The notes beneath the pieces were generated by a model. It made no database searches, was not told the origin of the DNA, and saw only the letters and a program-made list of their open reading frames with translations. 36,333 nucleotides of DNA from Gammaproteobacteria bacterium (GTDB lineage Bacteria > Pseudomonadota > Gammaproteobacteria > GCA-001735895). The translations under genes and the position numbers were made by a program. The DNA is taken from NCBI GenBank assembly GCA_024763185.1, contig JANTFY010000002.1, forward strand, positions 1-36,333, written 5' to 3'. Shown here one piece after another: positions 18,202 through 26,700 of this stretch (position 1 is its first letter; each line of letters opens with the position of its first letter).

Positions 18202-19701
18202 CTAGTCGAGCTTAATGGAAGGTGTGTTTAATTCCAGGGAAGTTGATTCTACCGATTTCAGGTCATCCAGTGCTTCCTTCCGCCCGGACGGATTAGCAAA
18301 ACTGTCATTCAACTTTTGTACAAAGTGCCCTGAATTCTCGATCACAGCCTGAATCTTTCGAGCGGTGCGCCGGCTCCACCCGACCGGTGAGGTATTGAAT
18401 ACACTCCTCCAGATACTGGTATTTTTATCAAAAGCCGTTACCAGATTACCTGGCATGTCAGAACGCGGTAAATGCCTGGATATGGTGGAAGCCCAGAATT
18501 GGCGTGTAAACAGATGCACGCCAAAAAATACGATAAAAACCAGCACTAGCGTTAAAACGCCGGTTAAAGGGTTTGCCTGATAAGAATCTATTAACGCGCT
18601 GGGTTTGAGGTAATGCCAGGCATCCTGCGTTGTAACCACGTAGGCAAATAAGCCAAGTAGCAGGCCGTAAATAACGGTATTACTGATCAATACGCGATTA
18701 CTCCACTTGCGAATAGCCTCTTTCAGGGCCGGTACCGCTTTGGTTTCTATATCATTGGCGGTTTTTTCAAGTGCTCCGATAATTCGGTAAGCCCTCTCAG
18801 TCTCAACCTGCTGCATGCGGTCATAAATCGCATCCAGGTCGGCATCTTTTTTGGTCTTAAAACGTTCCTGAAGTTTTCCATCACTGATATTGATGGCCGA
18901 GGCTTCATCATAGATCATGTAAAACTTTCCAGCCGTCAGCCCGCTTTGCGACAAAGCTCGTTGCCAGGCACCGACGACCTCTTCCGGATTATCTTCTTTA
19001 GCAGCCGTATCAATCTGATTAAGAATATATAAAAACTTGCTGGAGTCGGTTCGCTGAATGGTTTTAGTGACCAGGTGTTCCAGGGTATCCTTCATCGCAC
19101 CGGGCTCAGGATGACGGGCATCAAAAAACACCAAAACCAGGTCTGAAAGATCAATAATATGGTCGGTAATTCTCAGGGTTGAGTTGCGTTGGGCATCCGC
19201 GTCAAAACCGGGTGAATCGATTAGTATCTTGCCCTTGATAGGTTGTGTGGGACTGGTTTTTAGCTGCAGGTAGGCATTCACCCTTTCACCCTCTCCCGGA
19301 GCAACCTTTTCGATATCTTCACTGATATTAAAAAACGGAAATCGCGGGTCTGCATCAAGAGCCAAGCCGGGTAAAACCCGCGAGCTGTTATCATTGGTAT
19401 AACAAATCACCGTGAATTTATCATCAACAGCCTGATTGCCGGATGACTGTAGCTTTGTACCCAGAAAAGAATTGATAAAGGTGGATTTACCGGCGGAAAA
19501 GGTCCCCAATACAGAGATTAATGGCCACCAGGGTATCTGTGTGGCATAAGATTCATCCCGCGATATCAGGCCCATTCGATAGGCTATATTGTCCAGTTCC
19601 TTGAAACTTTTTACCGCCTCAATAAGGATTGGGTTTTCCTGCTTAAGGTGTTTTTCGAGATTTTTAAGACGGTTCTCTATCGCTTTCCTGGGGTAGAACA
19701 T
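18202..19701 (-). CDS. Membrane-anchored dynamin-like GTPase
   Basis: 499 aa. G1 GTFSAGKST, G3 DSPG, G4-like NQID. Two adjacent hydrophobic helices sit near residues 345-400 (VIYGLLLGLFAYVV, VLTLVLVFIVFFGVHLF). The start is 32 nt downstream of the preceding gene. Confidence 0.7.
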   Translation of the reverse strand: MFYPRKAIENRLKNLEKHLKQENPILIEAVKSFKELDNIAYRMGLISRDESYATQIPWWPLISVLGTFSAGKSTFINSFLGTKLQSSGNQAVDDKFTVICYTNDNSSRVLPGLALDADPRFPFFNISEDIEKVAPGEGERVNAYLQLKTSPTQPIKGKILIDSPGFDADAQRNSTLRITDHIIDLSDLVLVFFDARHPEPGAMKDTLEHLVTKTIQRTDSSKFLYILNQIDTAAKEDNPEEVVGAWQRALSQSGLTAGKFYMIYDEASAINISDGKLQERFKTKKDADLDAIYDRMQQVETERAYRIIGALEKTANDIETKAVPALKEAIRKWSNRVLISNTVIYGLLLGLFAYVVTTQDAWHYLKPSALIDSYQANPLTGVLTLVLVFIVFFGVHLFTRQFWASTISRHLPRSDMPGNLVTAFDKNTSIWRSVFNTSPVGWSRRTARKIQAVIENSGHFVQKLNDSFANPSGRKEALDDLKSVESTSLELNTPSIKLD

Positions 19702-19733
19702 AAACGGTGATATGATGGATTGTATGGATTTTG

Positions 19734-20180
19734 TTAGGGTATAAAACCGGTAAACATGCCCATCGGTTTGGATAAGTCACGCATATCACGGCGCATATAG
19801 TAGGTGGAAGCCGCCATTGAATTGGTGTTGTAGGTCATGGTAGCAACATTCTGCGTCATACTTTTGATATTGTTATCCATGTTGCCAATATTATTACCCA
19901 TTTTGACCATGGTGTGATCCATGGTTCTGACGGTATTAGTTAATTCATTCATATTTCTGTCAACTGATATCGTCAGAGTGGTGATCGTCAGACTCAGGTT
20001 GTGTACGTCGCGAGATAAGGTGTAAATCAGATAAAACCCATAAACCGCTAAAACAATGAAAGCAATCATCGAAGGATAAACAATCAATTCCCAGCGCTTG
20101 GCACTGTTTTCAAACGTATCGGCTAAACGCTCCATACATTCGTTATCAAGATTTATCTTGGGTTCAGATTTATTCATCAA
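19734..20180 (-). CDS. Single-pass membrane protein with a Met/Asn-rich heptad coiled coil, unknown family
   Basis: 148 aa. TM at about residues 31-55. After it, Met occupies the same heptad position seven consecutive times (residues 87, 94, 101, 108, 115, 122, 129). Confidence 0.6.
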   Translation of the reverse strand: MMNKSEPKINLDNECMERLADTFENSAKRWELIVYPSMIAFIVLAVYGFYLIYTLSRDVHNLSLTITTLTISVDRNMNELTNTVRTMDHTMVKMGNNIGNMDNNIKSMTQNVATMTYNTNSMAASTYYMRRDMRDLSKPMGMFTGFIP

Positions 20181-20383
20181 TATTCTCAGAGTAAATTTAT
20201 CGGATAAACTAATAACAGTGTTATATAACTAATAAAATTATACGTGAAAATGTAAAAATTATCGACCTCTTTATATTAACAATTGCTAATATATTAATGT
20301 GCATTAACCGATCAGCGTAATAGAAAGCCCAACTATTGCTTTGTTGGTTTTTATATAGAAAGGATGTGGCAGCCAGGTTTCGA

Positions 20384-20989
20384 TTATTGCATCAACTTTC
20401 TTTTAAGTTCTTCACCCAGTTCTCTGTTCATAGCCGTCACCGGTGAGACCAATTGTCGGGCATGCTCGTATTGATTGTTTTTAATTAACGCCATGGCTGC
20501 CTGATAGTAATGGCGGGCTGCATTCGGAAAATCATTCAACGCATAATAAATATTACCCAATTCTCCGAGGTAATCTGCATTATCTTTTTCTTTCTGTATC
20601 AATTGTTGATAACTGGCGATGGCTTTTTGATAGTCTTTATCCCAGTAAGCCTTACGAGCCTGAAAAAGTAATTCATCCTGCTCAATGATTACTTCTGAAA
20701 CCGTTGGTTGGCTCTCTATGAAAACTACTTCTTTTTGATCCGATACAGAAGTTTGTTGTTCTCTTGAAACAATGCTTTCGGGCTGACTTTCAACGGATTC
20801 ATTTTTGGCCGGTTGTGTTTGGTCTTTTTCAGGCTCAACAGTACGGCTTAGAGTTTTATCATCAAGATTTAATAACTGTTGATAAGCCTGTTCAAGCTGT
20901 AACTCTTCACGAAAGTAGTAACCTAAAATCATCAGGCTAACCAAAAATATTGAAAAGCTATGGATTAGCAACCAACGTCCGAAAGTCAT
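20384..20989 (-). CDS. Membrane-anchored TPR-repeat protein
   Basis: 201 aa. N-terminal TM (LLIHSFSIFLVSLMILGYY), an acidic/polar linker, and C-terminal TPR-like repeats (AYWDKDYQKAIASYQQLI, LGNIYYALNDFPNAARHYYQA). Starts 10 nt after the ParA-like gene. Confidence 0.65.
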   Translation of the reverse strand: MTFGRWLLIHSFSIFLVSLMILGYYFREELQLEQAYQQLLNLDDKTLSRTVEPEKDQTQPAKNESVESQPESIVSREQQTSVSDQKEVVFIESQPTVSEVIIEQDELLFQARKAYWDKDYQKAIASYQQLIQKEKDNADYLGELGNIYYALNDFPNAARHYYQAAMALIKNNQYEHARQLVSPVTAMNRELGEELKRKLMQ

Positions 20990-20999
20990 GACGGTTTTC

Positions 21000-21635
21000 T
21001 CACTTTTTTGCCGGGTAAAGCTGTTTGGCCAAGTTCAATACTTCCCTGGCTGCCTTACTGGTGGGTTGCATTTCAAAAACCGCCAGACCTTCACTGAAAG
21101 AACGTCGGTAAGCTGTTCTCTGGTAGAGACGCAAATCGATACGGTCGATATGTTTAAGGAAATTTAATGCCTCTTCTGCCTCGTCTGTTTCGCGAACGCC
21201 CCAATGCGTATCCGCGCGGTTGATAAATCCCAGGACTGGTGGCATTTTTTCAGCACTGCCGGACACTTCACGAATAATTTTCAGAAATCTCTGAGTAGAC
21301 CAGATATCAGCCTGACTTGGGGGTACGGGAGTTATAATTCGATCAGCCAGTTTCAATGCTTTTTTCATTGAATCGAAATCCGATGTACCAACATCAACGA
21401 TAACTTCGGTTTTTTTATTTTTCCAGGATTTTAAGGCCGATACATCGTCAAAAACTTCCAGATCAGGATCGTAGCCTTCCTCTTCCCTAATATCGACCAC
21501 GTCTGCCAGAGTTTTTTGGGGATCCAGGTCAAACAAGGTGATAGAACCCTGCTTAATTTTCAACCAGACTGCAAGGTTAAAAGCAACCGTGCTTTTTCCT
21601 GTGCCTCCTTTCAGGTTTCCGATAACAGTAATCAT
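21000..21635 (-). CDS. Orphan ParA/MinD-family ATPase (short form, no HTH)
   Basis: 211 aa. Deviant Walker A GNLKGGTGKST with the signature Lys, A' DLDPQ, and Walker B VIVDVG. Confidence 0.8.
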   Translation of the reverse strand: MITVIGNLKGGTGKSTVAFNLAVWLKIKQGSITLFDLDPQKTLADVVDIREEEGYDPDLEVFDDVSALKSWKNKKTEVIVDVGTSDFDSMKKALKLADRIITPVPPSQADIWSTQRFLKIIREVSGSAEKMPPVLGFINRADTHWGVRETDEAEEALNFLKHIDRIDLRLYQRTAYRRSFSEGLAVFEMQPTSKAAREVLNLAKQLYPAKK

Positions 21636-21740
21636 ACTTGGTGATGTCTTATGTCTTATTTATTATTGATGCATGAATTAATTTGTGAAAACGTGCATGA
21701 ATCGTTGCAGAGAAGATAGCAGCAAAACAGTATTTAGATA

Positions 21741-22493
21741 TTATTTCACCGCGTTAACTTTGTCGTTTTCAATTATTTTTTTTTCGTAACCTACCGGTAT
21801 AGTAAAGAGCTTATCAGGAATATTTTCAACCACTATATGTTTCAACTCCTGAGAATTTCCATTTGAAAAAGTTTCACGAATGCTGATTTTCAATTCTTTA
21901 TCAAACCATTGCAGACTTTCCTGTACTTCCCCATTGGACAGCTTGATTCGCTGCACCCACTTCTCTGTATCCCGGTTGTCTATTTTCTCACTGCCCAGCC
22001 ATTCCAGCTCGATGGATGTACCGTTAAATAAAGTATGTTTTACCGGTATCATTAATTCCGAATCGAGCCATAGATGCGAAATCAGTTCCTTATCTCCTTC
22101 GTGAGCAATAATCTTCCATTGAATAGCCTGGCGATTATTCAACTCCTGCTTCCCCAGATTTTCACATTTCAGGGCTTTATTACCTTCACAGGGTGAGTCA
22201 ACAGCACTTTCTATACCGATATTAATCTCTTCCAGCGACTTGTTCTCGTAACATAATTGCTGGTCGGTAAAACACATCAGGCTGATGTGCTTATTGGCAT
22301 CAAGTATTTGAATAACCGGCTCTCCATAATAAAAAAATTCCTTACGGATTCGCCCTGATGAGTAATAAAGCTGAGTTGAAATATCTGCCCGCCCCGGAGT
22401 GGACATGACAGCATTGGCGGAAAACTGGATAGCCTGAACAGGTGATGCAAAAAAACAGAGTTGTAACAACAGAATAAAGATAAAAGGCTTCAT
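21741..22493 (-). CDS. Secreted/periplasmic protein with two Cys pairs, unknown function (possibly a LolA-like beta fold)
   Basis: 250 aa. Signal peptide ...FFASPVQA|IQ. Cys pairs CFTDQQLC and CEGNKALKC. An alternating beta-strand-like pattern fills the rest. Starts 2 nt after the preceding gene. Confidence 0.6.
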   Translation of the reverse strand: MKPFIFILLLQLCFFASPVQAIQFSANAVMSTPGRADISTQLYYSSGRIRKEFFYYGEPVIQILDANKHISLMCFTDQQLCYENKSLEEINIGIESAVDSPCEGNKALKCENLGKQELNNRQAIQWKIIAHEGDKELISHLWLDSELMIPVKHTLFNGTSIELEWLGSEKIDNRDTEKWVQRIKLSNGEVQESLQWFDKELKISIRETFSNGNSQELKHIVVENIPDKLFTIPVGYEKKIIENDKVNAVK

Positions 22494-22495
22494 TT

Positions 22496-23137
22496 TTAGA
22501 ACATGTTGAACGGTGTGAATGGAAAATCAAGTTTGTCTTCACCACCTAATCCGGGCATGATGCCATTAAAAAATGGTCCCATCATTGCCGGGTTAGTGTC
22601 GCGGAAAATACCATCGGTATATTTGGACTGAAATTCATCCATGCCTCCAAAACCAGGCATGCCGGTACTACCCGGAGGATTATAATAATTAGGATGGCGT
22701 GGATAGATACCAGGGCTTGTACCATAACCAGCATTACCGGCAGGATACCTGCCTGACAAATCCCAGGGATTTGAAGAAATATCACTGGCAGGAGGAAGCG
22801 CTGGTGGCAGACGTCGTTCCGATTCCTGTTCAGCCCAGGGATTATATGGACCATTCACCTGACCATATTGTGGGAACCTGGGAGTATGCTCACGCACGAA
22901 GTTGTAGTGCGGAAAATTGTATCGCTGAGGTGGCTCGACTGTAGTACTTTCCGGTGAAAATTTCATGTTCTCCTGCATTTTAGAGTCCGCATGTTTGTTG
23001 CTCTGAACAGTACCCGACAAGGTTCCGGGAGCGGTCAACAGAATCGTTTTCGAAGCATCTTGTTCAGCGATATTTGCCTCGGCAAAAACTCCGGTGGGAA
23101 TCAACAAAAAAATGTTGATCATCAACTGTTTAATCAT
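22496..23137 (-). CDS. Secreted low-complexity Pro/Tyr/Asn/Gly/Met-rich protein 2
   Basis: I chose the start at the internal ATG 23137 (MIKQLMINIFLLIPTGVFA|EA signal peptide), 1 nt after the upstream stop. The longer track ORF (to 23302) would overlap the upstream gene. No Cys. Motifs FPQYGQ, YNPW, MPGFGG and IMPGLGG. Confidence 0.65.
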   Translation of the reverse strand: MIKQLMINIFLLIPTGVFAEANIAEQDASKTILLTAPGTLSGTVQSNKHADSKMQENMKFSPESTTVEPPQRYNFPHYNFVREHTPRFPQYGQVNGPYNPWAEQESERRLPPALPPASDISSNPWDLSGRYPAGNAGYGTSPGIYPRHPNYYNPPGSTGMPGFGGMDEFQSKYTDGIFRDTNPAMMGPFFNGIMPGLGGEDKLDFPFTPFNMF

Positions 23138-23138
23138 A

Positions 23139-23768
23139 CTAACGTCCGGAAAAGAATTGTTGCATCGGCATAACTGACCAGGGAGTCGGCATCGAGTTAT
23201 AAGGACTGTCCATTGAATTGTAACGGTTAGAGTAGTCGTACATATAGGGATTGACATAACCGCCCTGAGCATAAGGATATGGAGCTGTGGGCCACGTTCC
23301 ACCTTGATACGGCAATTGCCCCTGATGATATTGAGGAAACTGGGATTGTTGACCTATCGACCAGGGATTATTATAGGGAGGATAATTCGCTGCGGGGGGC
23401 ATATTTCTCGGGCCTGGTTCTAAGGCCTGAGTTTCATAACCCGCTGTAGGTGCGCCCTGAATAAAGCCCTGATCAGTCTCTGGTGGCATTTCGGCTTGTA
23501 AGCCTTTATCAGCACTACCAGGAAAGGACTGACTGCCCTTTTCAACAGTAGACTGAGTCTGTGTCTGCATAGAGTCCTGATGAATTAAATCTTCGGTAGG
23601 GAACTTATAGATCTGGGGTTGTTGTACCGAGTTTTTTTCCACGCTATTTATTATCACAGACGACTGGTAGGGTCCAGTAGGTGGTGGCACATATTCATTA
23701 GCAATTGCCAAAGGCGAAACCAGTAACAGCAAAGCTGTCAAACTCAATCCTACTGCATTCATTTTCAT
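23139..23768 (-). CDS. Secreted low-complexity Pro/Tyr/Asn/Gln/Met-rich protein 1
   Basis: 209 aa. Signal peptide ...VSPLAIA|NEY. No Cys. The C-terminal half reads PPYNNPWSIGQQSQFPQYHQGQLPYQGGTWPTAPYPYAQGGYVNPYMYDYSNRYNSMDSPYNSMPTPW. Starts 15 nt after the RND gene. Confidence 0.65.
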   Translation of the reverse strand: MKMNAVGLSLTALLLLVSPLAIANEYVPPPTGPYQSSVIINSVEKNSVQQPQIYKFPTEDLIHQDSMQTQTQSTVEKGSQSFPGSADKGLQAEMPPETDQGFIQGAPTAGYETQALEPGPRNMPPAANYPPYNNPWSIGQQSQFPQYHQGQLPYQGGTWPTAPYPYAQGGYVNPYMYDYSNRYNSMDSPYNSMPTPWSVMPMQQFFSGR

Positions 23769-23783
23769 AACAACCTCACAAAA

Positions 23784-26700
23784 CTAGTCATCATCAATAT
23801 CAGACTTTAAGCGAATGCCTCTTCGATGACCAGATTTTGATTTATCAGAAGTATTTTTAGTAGTGGATGATTTTTTCACCGACTTTTTCAGCGCTGGCTT
23901 CTTAGTTTCAGCGGTAGCTTTTGCTGCCTCTTTTTTGGCCGTTTTCTTTTTTACCACTTTTTTAGCGGCTGGCTTTATAACTGGTTTGGATGTTGTATCA
24001 TCCAGATTAACATCACCTGAATTTTCATTTTCTGACGGTTTATCTGCCACTTGATCAACCATTGGTGAATCCAAATCGACATCCGTATCTGCAGATTGTG
24101 TCTTCGTGGTTATCTCTTTTTTGGTTTCTGTCGCCACTTTTTGCTCGGACGTTGAATCCAATGCTGCCGCTTGTTCTTTTAACTGAGATGCTGCTGGCTG
24201 CGCGGGTTTAAGCGCGGCAGGCGGATTTTCTTTATGAGCGCTTTTACGCGTCAACAATCGAATCAGGCTTTTTGTCAATGCCACAATGAAGTCCCAAAAG
24301 GCAACCACCAGGGAGAGGATGACTATCCAGATAAAATTAATAGTTGCCGCCAGATAATCGATCAGGCCTTTTTCATCCTCTTCTTTTTTTGTCGGCTCAT
24401 ATTCTCCGGACAGAATCGGATCATGGGGTAAGTCCGCATATACCGCAGCGCCACTGGCATCGATGGTTTTTTCAGCAAATGCCTTGCGTACAGAGATTGC
24501 ACCCAGCGGAATAACCACCAGTGTCAAAACGGTGGAAACCAGTACACCGAAAGCCAGCGAAATAGCCATTCCTTTGAAGATCGGATCAAAAATGATGACA
24601 CCTGAACCACCCACCAGGGCCAGGGCTGTCACCACGATGGGCCGGGTCCTGGCCTTACAGGCCAACAATACCGAGTCAGTGACCGGCCGACCATCTTCGA
24701 TTTCATGCTTGGTGAAATCCACCAACAGAATCGAGTTACGTACGATAATACCGGCCAGTGCGATGAAGCCAATCATAGACGTAGCTGTAAATTCGGCCCC
24801 GAATAACCAGTGACCGGGAATGATACCCACCAATGTTAAGGGTATCGGCGCCATAATGACAGCCGGCAGGCTGAAATTACCGAATTCCATCACCACCAGC
24901 ATATAAATCAGAATAATCGCCGCGCCAAATGCCATACCCATATCTCTGAAAGTTTCATAGGTAACAGTCCATTCACCGGCCCATTCAAAACCCGATTGCG
25001 AATCCGATTCGGGAGGCGCCGTCCAGGTGCCCTTCAGCTCAATACCATCCGGCGAGGTATAATTCTCCAGGGAATCAATAACATCGAACATGCCATAAAT
25101 CGGGGCCCCCAGGCGCCCCTGGGTTTCACCGGTTACATATTCAACACGGCGCAAATCCTTATGGTAGATGACCTGTTCCTGGTCTATCTGATAGAAATCG
25201 CCCAACTCACCGAGTGGAACTGTTCCTCCAAATTGACTCGGGACAGGCATCTCTTTTAAACGAGGTAAATCAGCCCTGACTTCGATAGGCACCTGCATCA
25301 CAATAAAGGTAGGCTCGAGTTTGTAACCACTTTTCACGTCTCCCAGAATATAGTCGCCCAGGGACATTTGTAAGGTTCGGTTTATGGTGTCAACTGAAAT
25401 GCCACGCCTGACCGCTTTTTCGGTCTCTACTTCAAATCGCCAAACCTTGTAGGGATCGGCTATAAGCGTATCAACATCGGTGATGTTGGACGATTCAATG
25501 AATTTTTGCTCCAGATCCCTGGCAACCTGTCGTCGAATCTCGTCATCCGGTCCATACACCTCAGCTACCACGGACTGCAGCACAGGAGGCCCCGGCGGCA
25601 TCTCGACGACCTGTATCTTAACCAGGTCATTGCCTTCAATGACTTTCAATAATCGCGCTCTTGCATCTTCTGCTATTTGGTGGCTGCTGCGCTTACGATC
25701 CTTTTTATCAAGTAGCAACACCTGGATGTCCGCTTCCCAAGGTTGGGAACGCAGGTAATAATGGCGTACCAGACCGTTAAAATTAAATGGAGAAGCTGTT
25801 CCCACGTAGGTCTGTAAAGAAGTTACTTCTTCAATTTCCAGCAGGGTATTGGATAGTTCATTGACCACATTTGCCGTCAATGGCAGTGCGGTGCCTTCTT
25901 TCATGTTTACAACCACGTTGAATTCGGGTTTGTTATCCAGGGGTAACATCTTGACCGGCACACTCTTAGTGTAAAATAGGGATATACACAAAAAGAACAC
26001 CACAAACAGGCTGATTAAAAACAAACGTCCCTTGGTTTTGCTGGTAATCAGTGGGATCAGGGTTTTACGAAAAAGCTTACCCAACCATTCATTCTGGGTA
26101 TGCTCAGATTCCTCCATTTCCTTGAGTTTTTCCATGGAGGGTTTGATGCGCATGGCCAGCCACGGGGTAAACATAAAGGCGGCAAACACGGAGAATAGCA
26201 TGGCGAATGAACCCAATGCCGGGATTGGCTCCATATAAGGCCCCATCATACCGCGCACAAAACCCATGGGTAGTAGCGCCGCGATAACGGTCAGCGTCGC
26301 CAGAATGGTGGGATTACCCACTTCACGTACCGCATCAATAGCTATATCGGTATCGGTACTTTCATCAATTAACCATCGACGATAGATATTCTCGACAACC
26401 ACAATGGCATCATCGACCAGTATACCGATGGAGAATATCAAGGCGAAAAGACTGACACGATCAATGGTATAGCCGGTCAGCAACGCATAAAAAACGGTCA
26501 CCAGGATTACCACCGGAATAACAATCGCCACAACCAGTGCCGGTTCCCAGCGGAAGTTTAATGCTGCCCAGATCAACACGACCACGATGCCGGTAGCAAT
26601 AAACAGCTTAAGAATCAGTCCATTTACCTTGTCTTCGGCGGTTTTACCATAGTTACGTGTTATCTCAACGTGGATATCTTCAGGAATAACATTCCCCTTC

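Noticed and set aside
22342-23302. Track ORF 22342-22545, and the 55-codon N-terminal extension of ORF 22496-23302.
   Set aside because: The extension overlaps the 3' end of the upstream gene in another frame and is Cys/Arg-rich. The internal ATG at 23137 gives a clean signal peptide 1 nt after the upstream stop. ORF 22342-22545 straddles a gene junction out of frame.
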